Origin: Candidatus Omnitrophota bacterium
GTDB taxonomy: Bacteria > Omnitrophota > Gorgyraeia > Duberdicusellales > 4484-171
NCBI GenBank assembly: GCA_043815185.1
Contig: JBDRJF010000001.1
Location: 11,801 to 75,800, forward strand
Length of the DNA stretch: 64,000 bases
Direction of reading: 5' to 3'
Shown here: positions 31,083-44,745 of the stretch, piece after piece
Layout: each line of letters opens with the position of its first letter
Position numbering within the stretch: position 1 is the first letter of the stretch
The notes under the pieces: generated by a model
Databases searched by the model: none
Told to the model about the DNA's origin: nothing
What the model saw: the letters and a program-made list of their open reading frames with translations, nothing else
Translations under genes and position numbers: made by a program

Positions 31083-31454
31083 TCACTTAGGTTTTTTAGC
31101 TCCGTACTTAGAACGTGACCTTTTTCTATTCTGTACTCCCTGACAATCAAGGGTTCCTCTTACGATATGATATCTTACCCCAGGAAGATCTTTTACTCTC
31201 CCGCCTCTTACCAAAGCAATAGAGTGTTCCTGCAGATTATGCCCTTCACCAGGAATATAGGCAGTAACTTCCTGACCATTAGTCAGTCTTATTCTAGCAA
31301 TTTTTCGTAAAGCAGAGTTAGGTTTCTTAGGAGTCATTGTCTTTACCTGTATACAGACGCCTCTTTTTTGGGGACATCGGCTTAAAGCCGGAGATTTCCC
31401 CTTTTTCTTCTTAAGTACACGGGCTTTTCTTATCAGCTGAATTATTGTTGGCAT
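31083..31454 (-). CDS. rpsL: 30S ribosomal protein S12
   Basis: 123 aa ([13 protein letters not shown]...). Confidence 0.93.
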   Translation of the reverse strand: MPTIIQLIRKARVLKKKKGKSPALSRCPQKRGVCIQVKTMTPKKPNSALRKIARIRLTNGQEVTAYIPGEGHNLQEHSIALVRGGRVKDLPGVRYHIVRGTLDCQGVQNRKRSRSKYGAKKPK

Positions 31455-34400
31455 TTTTCTACCTCAACTTCCCTATATTTTTTCAAACCAGTTCCTGCAG
31501 GAATAAGGTGTCCCACAATCACATTCTCCTTTAACCCCAGCAAATAATCAACTTTACCGGCAGTAGCAGCATCAGCCAAAATTCGGGTTGTCTCCTGAAA
31601 GCTGGCTGCTGAGATAAAACTCTTTGTACTTAAAGAGGCTTTGGTGATGCCTAAAAGTAAAGGTGATGCAGTCGCCGGCTTACCCCCTTTTTTAATAATT
31701 CGCTCATTCTCGCGGCGAAAATCCCACTTATCTACCCCTTCGCCAGACAAAAATACACTATCACCAGAATCAACAACTTTTACCTTCTTAAGCATCTCGC
31801 GAATAATAACTTCGATGTGTTTATCGTTGATTCTTACACCCTGCAAGCGGTAAATCTCCTGTATCTCATTAACTAAGTGCTCCTGCAACACTTTATCGCC
31901 GCAGACCCTTAAAATATCTTGCAAAACTACCGGGCCTTCAATTAATTGCTGTCCAGCAACGACCTGATCACCCCGATAAACTATTGGGTGGGCTCCGGTA
32001 GGAATAATATACTCCCGCTTCATGCCGGTAGAACTACGGACAATAATCTTTCGTTCACCACCGCTCTCGGCAAACTCAATAAAACCATCTATCTCACTTA
32101 TAACCGCTGGATTTTTAGGTCTTCTGGCTTCAAATAACTCAGCTACCCGAGGCAATCCTCCGGTAATATCCCTTGTCTTTGCAACTAAACGCGGTGTCTT
32201 GGCAATAACATCACCGGCTTCGACCTCATTTCCTTCGTCAATCATTATATGAGCACCGGTGGGCAAAGGATAAAAACCAAGCACCTCTCCTTCCTTAGAA
32301 AGAGTAAGAATTTGCGGGTGGTAATCACCTTTAAATTCGTTTACTACCCTCTCTTTTCTGCCAGTAGTAACATTCAGTTCCTCCTGGATAGTAATCTTAT
32401 CAATAATATCTTCATACTTAACCTTACCTCCTAACTCGGCTAAGATTGGCGAAGAATAGGGGTCCCATCTAACAAATATTTTATCCTTGTCTACTTCCCC
32501 ATCATCAGGGACAGAAATCGAAGCTCCTTGCGGGACAGGATTTCGTTGTAGTTCGATTCCCTTATCATCGTTAATACTCATCATTCCGTTTCGATTAAGC
32601 ACTACAAAATGCCTTCCCTTGGGAACAACCCGAAGGTTATGGTATTTAACAACACCTTTATCTCTTGATTTTATAAATGACCTTTCCGCTACCCGAGAGG
32701 CTGTACCGCCGATATGGAAAGTTCTCATCGTAAGCTGAGTACCTGGCTCACCGATAGATTGAGCAGCTATGACTCCCACAGCTTCTCCGATCTCTACCAA
32801 TTTTTTGGAGGCTAAATTTTTACCGTAACACTTAATGCAAACTCCCCGTTCAGACTCACAAGTCAAAACGCTTCTAATTCTTATTTTCTCAAGGCCCAAC
32901 CGCTCTATTCTCTCAGCAACTTCTTCAGTGACTGCCTCATTAACCTTAACAATTGTTTCATCACTTACTAAATCAACAATATTATCTAAAGCAACCCTGC
33001 CCATTATTCGCTCTTTTAAAGAAACGACGACATCCTCTCCTTCGACAATCTCGGAAACGGTTATTCCGTTGACTGTCCCGCAATCTTCTTCAATAATAAT
33101 AACTTCTTGAGCTACATCCACAAGGCGACGGGTAAGATATCCGGCATCAGCAGTCTTTAAAGCTGTGTCGGCTAACCCCTTCCTTGCTCCATGGGTAGAA
33201 ATAAAGAATTCTAGCACCGTTAATCCCTCTTTGAAGTTAGAAGTAATTGGTATTTCGATAATCTCACCCGAAGGTTTAGCCATAAGCCCTCTCATTCCAG
33301 CTAGCTGCCTTACTTGAAGCCTTGAACCCCTGGCCCCTGAATCAGCCATCATGAAGACCGGATTATCCTTCTCCATGTTGGCAAAAACAAAATCTGATAC
33401 CCGGTCAGTAGTTCTTGTCCAGACATCAATGATTTTGTTATGCTTTTCTCTCTCAGTGATGATTCCCCGTCGGTATTGATCTTCTACCTTACTTAACTCA
33501 TTATTGGCCTCATCAATACACCCCTGCTTCTGGTCTGGTATTTTCAAATCGTCCACTGCAATGCTTATACCGCCTAAGGTCGCATATTCAAATCCCAAAT
33601 CCTTTATATTATCCAACAATTCAATCACGGCACTGTGGCCAAATTGCTTATAGCATTCATTAATAATTTCTGAGACGCTACGCTTATTTAAAACCTCATT
33701 AACAAAACGGAAACCTTTAGGCAAAATTTGGTTGAAGATAACTCTTCCGGTAGTAGTTTCAACTCTTTTTTTCTCACCGTTTTCCGATATCCTTAATTTG
33801 ATTTTAGCCTGAAGATCTACTTCTTCATCCTGGTAAGCAGTCATTACCTCATCACAATTAGAAAATGCTATCCCTTCACCCTTAGCTTTATCTTTACTCA
33901 TGGTGATATAGTGACAACCAATAATCATATCTTGGCTGGGTGCAATAACCGGCCGGCCATCAGAAGGAGAAAAAATGTTATTTACTGAGAGCATTATAAC
34001 TCGAGCCTCAGCCTGAGCTTCTAAGGACAAAGGAAGATGAACTGCCATCTGGTCACCATCAAAATCAGCATTAAAGGCGGCGCAGACAAGAGGATGTAAC
34101 TTGATTGCCTTACCTTCAACTAAAACCGGATAAAAAGCTTGGATACTTAACCGGTGTAGAGTCGGAGCGCGGTTAAGTAAAACCGGATGCCCTCTAATCA
34201 CATCTTCGAGGATATCCCAAACTTCAATACGGGCCCGTTCAACCATTCGCCGGGCACCTTTTATTGTATGTACAAACCCTTTTTCCCGTAATTTCTTTAT
34301 AATAAACGGCTCAGCTAACTCTAAAGCCATCTGTTTAGGAATACCACACTGATGCAGTTTTAGCTCTGGGCCGACAACAATAACACTTCTTCCGGAATAA

Positions 34401-35446
34401 TCTACCCGTTTACCCAAAAGATTTTGCCTGAAACGGCCCTGTTTGCCCTTAAGCATATCAGAAAGACTCTTTAAAGGACGATTTTGCGGTCCGACAACCG
34501 GTCGGCCATGACGCCCATTCTCCAATACGGCATCAACAGCTTCTTGAAGCATTCTTTTTTCATTACGAATAATTATATCCGGAGCACCTAAGGAAATTAA
34601 TTTTTTCAAACGATTGTTTCGATTTATAACCCGGCGGTAAAGATCATTGAGGTCGGAAGACGCAAACCGTCCGCCCTCTAAAGGAACTAAGGGGCGTAAG
34701 TCCGGTGGTATAATCGGAAGAGCATCTAAAACCATCCACTCGCATTTATTTCCCGAACGGCGTAAATCTTCAATTATCTTTAGCCGCTTCAGGAGCCTCT
34801 TATTTACCCCAACCTTCCCTTTTTCTATACTTTTACGTACCGTCTTACTCAATTTGTCTAAATCGATTTCTTTTAGAAGTCCCTTTATGGCATCGGCACC
34901 AATGAAGGCTTTAAAATCTGTTCCATATTTTTCTAAAGCTTCCTGATATCCAGATTCAGTAAGAAGCTGCCCGCGTTTCAAGGGAGCTGTACCGGGATCA
35001 GTCACTACATATTCTTCGTAGTAAATAATTTTTTCCAGTTGCTTAATGGTTAAATCAAGAAGTGCACCAACCCGGGAAGGAAGAACCTTAAAAAACCAGA
35101 TATGGGTTGCTGGTGCGGCTAAGGCAATATGCCCCATACGCTGCCTTCGCACTGAAGAATGAAGAATTTCTACTCCGCAACGGTCACATTTTAACCCTTT
35201 AAATTTTATTCCCTTGAGCTTACCGCAGTGGCATTCCCAATCTTTAACCGGCCCAAAAATCCTTTCACAGAAAAGGCCGTCTTTTTCCGGCTTGAGAGTA
35301 CGGTAATTGAGAGTTTCAGCTTTCTTTACCTCCCCTGAAGACCAACTTTTAATAACCCCATGCGAAGCTATTTTTATACTTATCCGGTCGAAAAAAGTAC
35401 CTTCTCCTATCATTTGCTCTCCTTTTCTGCCCTGATATCCAAACAA
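31442..35446 (-). CDS. rpoC: DNA-directed RNA polymerase beta' subunit
   Basis: 1334 aa with NADFDGD catalytic loop, zinc-binding Cys and a trigger loop. Confidence 0.95.
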   Translation of the reverse strand: MFGYQGRKGEQMIGEGTFFDRISIKIASHGVIKSWSSGEVKKAETLNYRTLKPEKDGLFCERIFGPVKDWECHCGKLKGIKFKGLKCDRCGVEILHSSVRRQRMGHIALAAPATHIWFFKVLPSRVGALLDLTIKQLEKIIYYEEYVVTDPGTAPLKRGQLLTESGYQEALEKYGTDFKAFIGADAIKGLLKEIDLDKLSKTVRKSIEKGKVGVNKRLLKRLKIIEDLRRSGNKCEWMVLDALPIIPPDLRPLVPLEGGRFASSDLNDLYRRVINRNNRLKKLISLGAPDIIIRNEKRMLQEAVDAVLENGRHGRPVVGPQNRPLKSLSDMLKGKQGRFRQNLLGKRVDYSGRSVIVVGPELKLHQCGIPKQMALELAEPFIIKKLREKGFVHTIKGARRMVERARIEVWDILEDVIRGHPVLLNRAPTLHRLSIQAFYPVLVEGKAIKLHPLVCAAFNADFDGDQMAVHLPLSLEAQAEARVIMLSVNNIFSPSDGRPVIAPSQDMIIGCHYITMSKDKAKGEGIAFSNCDEVMTAYQDEEVDLQAKIKLRISENGEKKRVETTTGRVIFNQILPKGFRFVNEVLNKRSVSEIINECYKQFGHSAVIELLDNIKDLGFEYATLGGISIAVDDLKIPDQKQGCIDEANNELSKVEDQYRRGIITEREKHNKIIDVWTRTTDRVSDFVFANMEKDNPVFMMADSGARGSRLQVRQLAGMRGLMAKPSGEIIEIPITSNFKEGLTVLEFFISTHGARKGLADTALKTADAGYLTRRLVDVAQEVIIIEEDCGTVNGITVSEIVEGEDVVVSLKERIMGRVALDNIVDLVSDETIVKVNEAVTEEVAERIERLGLEKIRIRSVLTCESERGVCIKCYGKNLASKKLVEIGEAVGVIAAQSIGEPGTQLTMRTFHIGGTASRVAERSFIKSRDKGVVKYHNLRVVPKGRHFVVLNRNGMMSINDDKGIELQRNPVPQGASISVPDDGEVDKDKIFVRWDPYSSPILAELGGKVKYEDIIDKITIQEELNVTTGRKERVVNEFKGDYHPQILTLSKEGEVLGFYPLPTGAHIMIDEGNEVEAGDVIAKTPRLVAKTRDITGGLPRVAELFEARRPKNPAVISEIDGFIEFAESGGERKIIVRSSTGMKREYIIPTGAHPIVYRGDQVVAGQQLIEGPVVLQDILRVCGDKVLQEHLVNEIQEIYRLQGVRINDKHIEVIIREMLKKVKVVDSGDSVFLSGEGVDKWDFRRENERIIKKGGKPATASPLLLGITKASLSTKSFISAASFQETTRILADAATAGKVDYLLGLKENVIVGHLIPAGTGLKKYREVEVEKCQQ

Positions 35447-38400
35447 AGTCCCTGTAATTCCTTTATCAAAACATTGAAAGATTCGGGTACAGAAGGATGA
35501 AACTTTTGCTCACCTCTGACAATTGCTTCATATATGCGAGTTCTTCCTTCTACATCATCGCTCTTTACGGTAAGCATTTCTTGAAGAGTAAAAGCAGCCC
35601 CATAAGCCTCAAGAGCCCAAACTTCCATCTCTCCAAAACGCTGACCGCCAAATTGGGCCTTTCCTCCCAGAGGCTGCTGGGTAATAAGTGAGTAAGGCCC
35701 GATGGCCCGGGCGTGAATTTTATCATCAACCATATGTATCAATTTCATTATATATACATATCCTACACCGACCTTCTGAGCAAAAGGCTTTCCGGTATAG
35801 CCATCAAAAAGCGTAACTTTACCATCCTCAGGTAATCCTGCTTCAGTCAGCAAGGCTCTTACATCTTCCTTCCTTGCTCCATCAAAAACCGGCGAAGCAA
35901 TATTAAAGCCTAATTTTTTCGCAGCCCAACCCAAATGCATTTCCAGAAGCTGGCCAACATTCATACGCGAAGGCACACCTAAAGGATTTAGTAATATATC
36001 AATAGATGTACCGTCAGCAAGGTAAGGCATATCTTCTTCGGGCAAAATCTTAGAAATTACCCCTTTATTTCCGTGCCTTCCGGAAAGTTTATCACCAGCT
36101 GATATCTTCCGTTTCATAGCTACAAAGACAACTACCCGTTTCAAGACTCCGGCTGGAAGTTCATCGCCTTTTTTAATCTTGGCTATTTCCAGATCTTTTT
36201 CAATCGACAACTCACCAAGGCGTTCATCATAAATGTCAAGTATTGCTTTAGCTTCCTCATTATCTTCGCAATCCGAAACAGTAATCCGGCCTTCACTCTT
36301 ACCTAAACATATCCTTAATCTACGGCTCTTCTCTTGCTCTAAGAGCTTTTTTTCTTCCTCGTAATATGTCTCAATCTCTTTTATTCTTCGTAACTCCTCG
36401 GTCTTCTCTTTCTTAGAACGACGGCCCCGATCTTTCCGCTGGAAAACCTCAACGTTTGTAACTACACCGTATATGCCGGGAGGAACCCGCAAAGAAGTAT
36501 CCTTTACGTCAGCTGCCTTCTCGCCAAATATTGCCCGCAACAACCTCTCCTCAGGTGAAAGCTCTTTCTCAGTCTTAGGGGTTACCCGGCCAACTAGAAT
36601 ATCATCGGGCATAACTTCAGCTCCGATTCGAATAACTCCACTATCATCCAAATTGCCTAAGGTCTCTTCGCTGACATTCGGTATGTCTCGGGTAACTTCT
36701 TCATTACCCAACCTTGTCTCCCGAGCTTCGCACTCAAACCTCTCAATATGTAAAGAAGTGAGTGTGTCATCTCTTACCAATCTTTCATTAATAATAATCG
36801 CATCTTCAAAGTTATAACCTCTCCAAGGCAAAAATGCCACTAAAAGATTGGTGCCTAAAGAAAGTTTTCCGTCCTCTGTTGCCATCCCGTCGGCGATAAT
36901 TGTATTTTTCCTTACCTCGTCACCTTTCTTTACTAAAGGTCTTTGGTTTATACAAGTATCAGCGTTAGAACGGGTGAATTTCTTTAACTTGTAGGTAAAA
37001 TTCCCCACTCTTATGGAAGAAGAATCGACCTCTTCAATTTTCCCTGACTCTTTGCTAATTAGCACTACCCCGCTATCCCGGGCAACCTTTTCTTCAATTC
37101 CGGTCCCTACCAATGGTTGCTCTGGAAACATCAAGGGAACTGCCTGCCTCTGCATGTTAGAGCCCATAAGAGCCCGGTTTGCATCATCATGTTCAAGAAA
37201 AGGGATTAAAGAAGCGGAGACGGAAATGATTTGCTGCGGAGAAACATCTATGTATTCAATCTTTATTGGTTTAACTTTGGGAAATTTACCTAAATGACGA
37301 GCATAGATTTCTTTATCTTGAATTTTGCCATCCGCATCTATATTCGATGTTGCCTGAGAAATAACTCTATTCTCCTCCTCATCACCCATTAAATATTCGG
37401 TCTTATCGAGAACCCTACCGTCTTCCACTTTATGATAAGGGGTTGTCAAAAATCCCAAAGGATTTATCTTAGCATGAGTGGTTAAAGAAGCTAAGAGGCC
37501 GATATTTGCACCCTCGGGTGTTTCAATAGGACAGATCTTCCCATAGTGTGTGGGGTGAACATCGCGAACTTCAAAACCGGCACGTTCACGTGATAAACCT
37601 CCCGGCCCCATTGCCGAAAGTCTACGCTTATGAGTTATTTCAGCTAAAGGATTAGTTTGATCCATAAATTGAGAAAGGGGTGAACGAGCGAAGAAGTCTT
37701 GAATCTGGGTAGAAAAAGCCCGAGAATTTATAAGGTGCTGAATAGCAAATTCACTGGACGAAATAAGCGAATATCTGTCCAAGAAAGTCCGTTCTACTCT
37801 CAACAAGCCGACTCTCACTTGATGCTGGAGCAACTCGCCAATCAGTTTTACTCGCCGATTAGCAAGGTGATCGATATCATCGATATCCCGCTTGCCAGCC
37901 TTTACCATAAGTAATGTTTTAATAATCTCTATTACTGTCGCTAAATCTATGGTTCGTTTACTCAAACTAAACTCCATACCTAACTTCTTATTAAGAAGGT
38001 ATCGACCTACCTTCCCCGAGTCGTAGCGGCGCGGGTCAAGGAACATTCTTCGAAAGACCTCTTTAGCGGCTTCCAAAGTAATCGGTTCGGTAGGGCGCAT
38101 CTTTTTATAAAAATCTAAATATGACTCCTCTTTGCTTGTAGTTGAATCTTTCTTAACCGTATTGACTATTTCCGGATATGGTTTATCAGCAAAATTGCTA
38201 TAGATATCATCGTTGCTAGAAAGACCTAAAATACGCAGGATTTGCGTGACGGGAAAGGTTTTTCTGCGGTCAATAATGGCGGTAATCGTATCATTTATAT
38301 CAGTTCGAAATTCCAGCCAATACCCGCGATAAGGAATTATCCGGGCAAAGTAAATACGTTTACCAGTAGGGTGAACCTCCTCTTCAAAAAACACACCCGG

Positions 38401-38826
38401 AGAACGTTGTAGCTGGCTGATAATCGCTCGCTCATCGCCGTTGATGATAAACGAAGATGTCTCGGTCATCAGTGGGATGTCTCCCAAGTAAATTTCCTGC
38501 TCTCTTACCTCCCTGGAAGGATCGACCAATCTTAACCGCACCCTCAACGGGGCAGCATAAGTCTGAGACCTTTTTTTACACTCTTCCACGCTATAACGTG
38601 GCCGACTTAAATTATAAGAAACAAATTCTAAACGATATTGTTTATCCGGGCTCTCCATAGGAAAGATTTCCTTCAAAACCTCCTGGAGTCCAATATTCTT
38701 TCTCTTCTCTGGTAAGATATTAACTTGCAAGAATTCCCGGTAAGAACGTAACTGATGTTCAAGAAGATGAGACAAAGATAAACTCTTCTTAATTTTAGCA
38801 AAAGATAGTTGTTTGGCTTTTTTCAA
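35410..38826 (-). CDS. rpoB: DNA-directed RNA polymerase beta subunit
   Basis: 1138 aa, compact beta without large lineage-specific insertions. The 3' end overlaps the rpoC start by 37 nt. Confidence 0.95.
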   Translation of the reverse strand: MKKAKQLSFAKIKKSLSLSHLLEHQLRSYREFLQVNILPEKRKNIGLQEVLKEIFPMESPDKQYRLEFVSYNLSRPRYSVEECKKRSQTYAAPLRVRLRLVDPSREVREQEIYLGDIPLMTETSSFIINGDERAIISQLQRSPGVFFEEEVHPTGKRIYFARIIPYRGYWLEFRTDINDTITAIIDRRKTFPVTQILRILGLSSNDDIYSNFADKPYPEIVNTVKKDSTTSKEESYLDFYKKMRPTEPITLEAAKEVFRRMFLDPRRYDSGKVGRYLLNKKLGMEFSLSKRTIDLATVIEIIKTLLMVKAGKRDIDDIDHLANRRVKLIGELLQHQVRVGLLRVERTFLDRYSLISSSEFAIQHLINSRAFSTQIQDFFARSPLSQFMDQTNPLAEITHKRRLSAMGPGGLSRERAGFEVRDVHPTHYGKICPIETPEGANIGLLASLTTHAKINPLGFLTTPYHKVEDGRVLDKTEYLMGDEEENRVISQATSNIDADGKIQDKEIYARHLGKFPKVKPIKIEYIDVSPQQIISVSASLIPFLEHDDANRALMGSNMQRQAVPLMFPEQPLVGTGIEEKVARDSGVVLISKESGKIEEVDSSSIRVGNFTYKLKKFTRSNADTCINQRPLVKKGDEVRKNTIIADGMATEDGKLSLGTNLLVAFLPWRGYNFEDAIIINERLVRDDTLTSLHIERFECEARETRLGNEEVTRDIPNVSEETLGNLDDSGVIRIGAEVMPDDILVGRVTPKTEKELSPEERLLRAIFGEKAADVKDTSLRVPPGIYGVVTNVEVFQRKDRGRRSKKEKTEELRRIKEIETYYEEEKKLLEQEKSRRLRICLGKSEGRITVSDCEDNEEAKAILDIYDERLGELSIEKDLEIAKIKKGDELPAGVLKRVVVFVAMKRKISAGDKLSGRHGNKGVISKILPEEDMPYLADGTSIDILLNPLGVPSRMNVGQLLEMHLGWAAKKLGFNIASPVFDGARKEDVRALLTEAGLPEDGKVTLFDGYTGKPFAQKVGVGYVYIMKLIHMVDDKIHARAIGPYSLITQQPLGGKAQFGGQRFGEMEVWALEAYGAAFTLQEMLTVKSDDVEGRTRIYEAIVRGEQKFHPSVPESFNVLIKELQGLCLDIRAEKESK

Positions 38827-38930
38827 GTTACTCTCCTATAAAATGTAAACGGGTTTATGAGATAATGAGTAGATGGGTAAAAACTTTTCACCCATTCTCT
38901 CATTTACTCTTTCACTCTTTTACACACCTC

Positions 38931-39305
38931 TTATTTTAACTCTACAGTAGCTCCAGTAGCTTCTATCTTTTTCTTAATTTCTTCTGCTTCTTCTTTAGTA
39001 ACATTTTCTTTAACAGCCTTGGGAGTAGAATCGACTAGCTCTTTTGCTTCCCTTAAGCCTAGTTCAGTAACTGCCCTAACTTCCTTAATAACCGCTATCT
39101 TATTTGATCCGATACCGGTCAATATCACATTAAAGGAAGTCTTTTCTTCCTCTTCCTCTACTGCAGCAACACCAGCCGCCGCTACAGCAACTGCCGGAGC
39201 AGCAGCAGTTACGCCGAACTTCTCTTCACAGGCTTTTACTAACTCTGAGAGCTCCAAGACGGTCATATCCTCAACCATCTTCATAATATCTTCGATTTTA
39301 GACAT
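38931..39305 (-). CDS. rplL: 50S ribosomal protein L7/L12
   Basis: 124 aa with an Ala-rich hinge and a C-terminal domain. Confidence 0.93.
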   Translation of the reverse strand: MSKIEDIMKMVEDMTVLELSELVKACEEKFGVTAAAPAVAVAAAGVAAVEEEEEKTSFNVILTGIGSNKIAVIKEVRAVTELGLREAKELVDSTPKAVKENVTKEEAEEIKKKIEATGATVELK

Positions 39306-39315
39306 AACTACCTCC

Positions 39316-39870
39316 TTAATCCTTTTTCCGTTCTTTAACTTTTTTTATCTCTTCAACAACCCAGACAAACTTTAGAATCACCTGATTCAAAGTATTAAGA
39401 AAACCGCTCAAGGGTGCAGCAAAGGAAGATACAACCTGACTGATAAGTACCTCGCGAGAAGGAAGTTTGGCTAAAGTATTTATCTCTTTTGGGCTGATTC
39501 TTCTCTCTTTAATAACCCCGCCCTTCAACTGCATAACTTCGCTCTCTTTGGCGAAATCAACAAGGATCTTGCAAGCCTTTACCAGGTCATGATCTTTGAT
39601 CACTACAATACCAGTTTCCGCTTTCAGCAAGCTGCCAATATCTTCCCAGCCAAGATCTTTTAAAGCTCTTTCAAATAAAGAATTTTTAGCCACAAGAATT
39701 CGAGCTCCCGAATCCCGAAGATTATTGCGTAACTGATTAAGTGGAAAAGCTCCTAGCTTATTAAAACTGATGAAAAAGTAACTTTCGGTGTCTTTAATAC
39801 CCTGCTTTAGACCCTCGACGATTCTTTCCCGGGTTAATAAACCTATTTTTTTTACTTCTTTAGCCATCAC
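39316..39870 (-). CDS. rplJ: 50S ribosomal protein L10
   Basis: 184 aa. Confidence 0.9.
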   Translation of the reverse strand: MMAKEVKKIGLLTRERIVEGLKQGIKDTESYFFISFNKLGAFPLNQLRNNLRDSGARILVAKNSLFERALKDLGWEDIGSLLKAETGIVVIKDHDLVKACKILVDFAKESEVMQLKGGVIKERRISPKEINTLAKLPSREVLISQVVSSFAAPLSGFLNTLNQVILKFVWVVEEIKKVKERKKD

Positions 39871-39873
39871 TTT

Positions 39874-40554
39874 TTATAGACTAAATTTTATTGCTGGACT
39901 CATCGTTGTCGATAAATAAAGATTTTTTATAAAATCACCTTTGACTGCCGAAGGCCTTGCCGCTGCCAGCGCCGAAACAAAAGCCTTTACATTCTCGGTA
40001 AGAGCCTCGGTGCTAAATGATAACTTCCCTACTCCAGCATGAATGCACCCTAATTTATCCATCCGAAAATCAATCTTTCCTCTCTTGGCTTCTCCTACCG
40101 CATAAGCCACATTTTCGGTTACCGTCCCAGTCTTAGGCGAAGGCATAAGTCCGCGGGGACCAAGGAATTTTCCTAACTTACTTGTTAAACGCATCATTGA
40201 AGGCGTAGATATACAACAGCCGAAATCAATCCAACTTTCTTTTAAAATTTTATCAATAATTTCTTGTGACCCGATATAATCAGCACCTGCTTCCTTAGCA
40301 TCGTTTTCTTTATCAGGTTCACAAAAAACTAGTACTTTTATCTGTTTACCGGTCCCATGCGGTAACATAACCGAGCCCCTAACCATTTGATCGGATTGTT
40401 TAGGGTCAGCCCCTGATTTTCCGCTAATTTCCACCATTTCATCAAACTTAACACATGGCATTGATTTCAAAATCCCTACTGCATCATTTAAAGAATAAAC
40501 CTTATTTTTATCGACTAATTTTTCTGCTTCCCGGTATCGCTTGCTGTGAGCCAT
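39874..40554 (-). CDS. rplA: 50S ribosomal protein L1
   Basis: 226 aa. Confidence 0.93.
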   Translation of the reverse strand: MAHSKRYREAEKLVDKNKVYSLNDAVGILKSMPCVKFDEMVEISGKSGADPKQSDQMVRGSVMLPHGTGKQIKVLVFCEPDKENDAKEAGADYIGSQEIIDKILKESWIDFGCCISTPSMMRLTSKLGKFLGPRGLMPSPKTGTVTENVAYAVGEAKRGKIDFRMDKLGCIHAGVGKLSFSTEALTENVKAFVSALAAARPSAVKGDFIKNLYLSTTMSPAIKFSL

Positions 40555-40572
40555 AGTTACTCGCTCCTTATC

Positions 40573-41007
40573 CTATACTACCTTAATTCCACAACTCTTA
40601 GCTGTACCCTCGACTATTCTTTTAGCTGCCTCTAAATCCTTAGTATTTAAATCTTGCATTTTCTCCTCAGCAATCTTTCTAACTGCCTCTTTAGTCACTT
40701 CACCGATAATTTCCTTCCCAGGAAGGGAGCTAGCTTTGGCTAAATTAGCCGCTCGCTTTAAGAGAAAAGAGACCGGTGGGCTCTTGACGATAAAATCAAA
40801 AGACTTATCTTCATAAACACTAATTATAACCGGTAAAATTATTCCCTCTTTTTGCTTTGTGCTATCGTTAAAGGCTTTGCAAAACTGCATAATATTTACA
40901 CCGTGCTGGCCTAATGCTGGCCCAACCGGAGGTGCGGGATTAGCTGAACCGGCGGGAAGTTGTAATTTTATCTGAGTTACTGGTTTTTTCTTTTTCTTCT
41001 TAGCCAT
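40573..41007 (-). CDS. rplK: 50S ribosomal protein L11
   Basis: 144 aa ([24 protein letters not shown]). Confidence 0.93.
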   Translation of the reverse strand: MAKKKKKKPVTQIKLQLPAGSANPAPPVGPALGQHGVNIMQFCKAFNDSTKQKEGIILPVIISVYEDKSFDFIVKSPPVSFLLKRAANLAKASSLPGKEIIGEVTKEAVRKIAEEKMQDLNTKDLEAAKRIVEGTAKSCGIKVV

Positions 41008-41025
41008 TGTTCGCTCCGCTCACTA

Positions 41026-41105
41026 CACGAATTGCCACGAATCTAATATAACAATTACCACCAATTATTCGTGGTAATTTGTATGCAATTAGCGGTAATT
41101 CGTGT
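41026..41105 (-). promoter_or_regulatory. Structured rplK leader: four copies of CACGAAT (two direct, two inverted) able to form nested helices
   Basis: Repeats at 41026-41033, 41036-41043, 41067-41074 (inverted) and 41098-41105 (inverted), in the position of the L1-binding autoregulatory leader of L11 operons. Confidence 0.35.
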
Positions 41106-41633
41106 TCATACTTTTTCTACCTGCCAAAATTCAAGCTCTACCGGCGTTGTCCGCCCAAAAATTGAAACATTAACTTTTAGTTTACCCTTATCAAGTGAAA
41201 CTGCTTCAATCACACCATTAAAGTTAATAAACGGGCCTTCGATCACGCGAATATTTTCACCCTTACTAAAACTTACCTTTGGCGCTGGTTTAGCCTTACT
41301 CTCCTCCGCCTTTACCAAGATTCGGTCAACCTCATCTTGAGATATCGGTGAAGGCTTTCTCCGTGGACCGATAAAGGCGGTAATCCCCGGGGTGCTGCGT
41401 ACAAAGAGCCAAGTATCATCATTCATTTCCATATGGATAAGAATATATCCCGGAAAAAATTTTCGCTCTAAAACTTTTTTCTTACCCAGCTTTACCTCAG
41501 TAATCTGCTCCTTAGGAATAACAACCTTATCAATTAAATCTTCGTAGCTGCTTGAGCTTATCTTTGTTTCAAGGTTTAACTTAGCCTTATCTTCCACTCC
41601 GCTTAAAGTATGTAGTATATACCACTTTTTCAT
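41106..41633 (-). CDS. nusG: Transcription termination/antitermination factor NusG
   Basis: 175 aa with an NGN domain and a KOW motif. Confidence 0.92.
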   Translation of the reverse strand: MKKWYILHTLSGVEDKAKLNLETKISSSSYEDLIDKVVIPKEQITEVKLGKKKVLERKFFPGYILIHMEMNDDTWLFVRSTPGITAFIGPRRKPSPISQDEVDRILVKAEESKAKPAPKVSFSKGENIRVIEGPFINFNGVIEAVSLDKGKLKVNVSIFGRTTPVELEFWQVEKV

Positions 41634-41666
41634 TATTTATTTAATTAATTAAATTTTTAGGGGTGA

Positions 41667-41861
41667 TTACTGCAATAGAATTTGAACTAATTTTGATAAA
41701 CCTAAATCCACGGAAGCAATGTAGGCGGTTAAAAGACTGGCGGCAATAACTACAATTGTTGCTGCAGCTATTAATTCGTGTCGCGAAGACCAGCTTACCT
41801 TTTTTAATTCCTCTCTTACTTCTTTTAAGAATCTCGGGATTCCCTTTAATTTTTTGATCAT
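41667..41861 (-). CDS. secE: Preprotein translocase subunit SecE
   Basis: 64 aa with a single C-terminal TM helix, upstream of nusG. Confidence 0.85.
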   Translation of the reverse strand: MIKKLKGIPRFLKEVREELKKVSWSSRHELIAAATIVVIAASLLTAYIASVDLGLSKLVQILLQ

Positions 41862-41890
41862 CTCGTAATCAATAGTTTAATAGTTTTCAG

Positions 41891-41963
41891 CAGGCGAGGC
41901 AGGAATTGAACCTGCAACCCCCGGTTTTGGAGACCGGTGCTCTGCCAATTGAGCCACTCGCCT
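41891..41963 (-). tRNA. tRNA-Trp (anticodon CCA)
   Basis: Reverse complement folds as a cloverleaf AGGCGAG.../...CTCGCCTG with anticodon loop CTCCAAA. No 3' CCA is encoded. Confidence 0.85.
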
Positions 41964-42042
41964 AAATTAGCGATCGGTTTTCCAAATATAATTGACTTAC
42001 CCAATTATCCTATTCAAAATCAATACAACAAAGAACCTATTA

Positions 42043-42195
42043 TTACGGCTTTGCTTCTTTATGTTCAGTATACTTCCGTTCCCAAGAGCAAAACTTTTTT
42101 ATCGAAACTTTTTCCGGATGTTTACGCTTATTCTTGGTAGTGTAGTAATTCTTTCGTTTACAGATTGTGCATGATAACGCAATTAATTCTCTCAT
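42043..42195 (-). CDS. rpmG: 50S ribosomal protein L33 (50 aa; missed by ORF track)
   Basis: Reverse-complement translation MRELIALSCTICKRKNYYTTKNKRKHPEKVSIKKFCSWERKYTEHKEAKP*, with CxxC...CxxC zinc-ribbon L33 signature. Confidence 0.88.
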   Translation of the reverse strand: MRELIALSCTICKRKNYYTTKNKRKHPEKVSIKKFCSWERKYTEHKEAKP

Positions 42196-42281
42196 AAGGA
42201 CTTATAATACAAGAAGTCGGAAAGGGCCTACACCCTCCCCTTTCCACTTTTGTGGTTTTTAACTTATCTTCCCCTATTTTT

Positions 42282-42354
42282 AGCCCACGACCGGAATTGA
42301 ACCGGTGACCACTTCGTTACCAACGAAGTGCTCTACCGACTGAGCTACGTGGGC
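42282..42354 (-). tRNA. tRNA-Thr (anticodon GGT)
   Basis: Reverse complement GCCCACGTAGCTCAGTCGGTAGAGC...TTGGTAA...GGTTCAATTCCGGTCGTGGGCT gives a canonical cloverleaf. Confidence 0.85.
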
Positions 42355-42457
42355 AATTTTCCTTTAAAATCAAGGAAAAAGCAGACCTAAAGATGATACT
42401 ATAAAAGCTATTTTTGTCAAGAAAAAAATAGCGAAATAAAGGAATTAAATATTTTGA

Positions 42458-44745
<2,288 letters not shown>

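Noticed and set aside
42213-42254. Inverted repeat GGAAAGGG...CCCTTTCC followed by a T-rich run on the plus strand, resembling a Rho-independent terminator
   Set aside because: No plus-strand gene ends here. In the transcribed (minus) orientation the hairpin is followed by GACUUCUUG, not a U-tract, so it lies within the tRNA-Thr–rpmG spacer and is not a convincing terminator.
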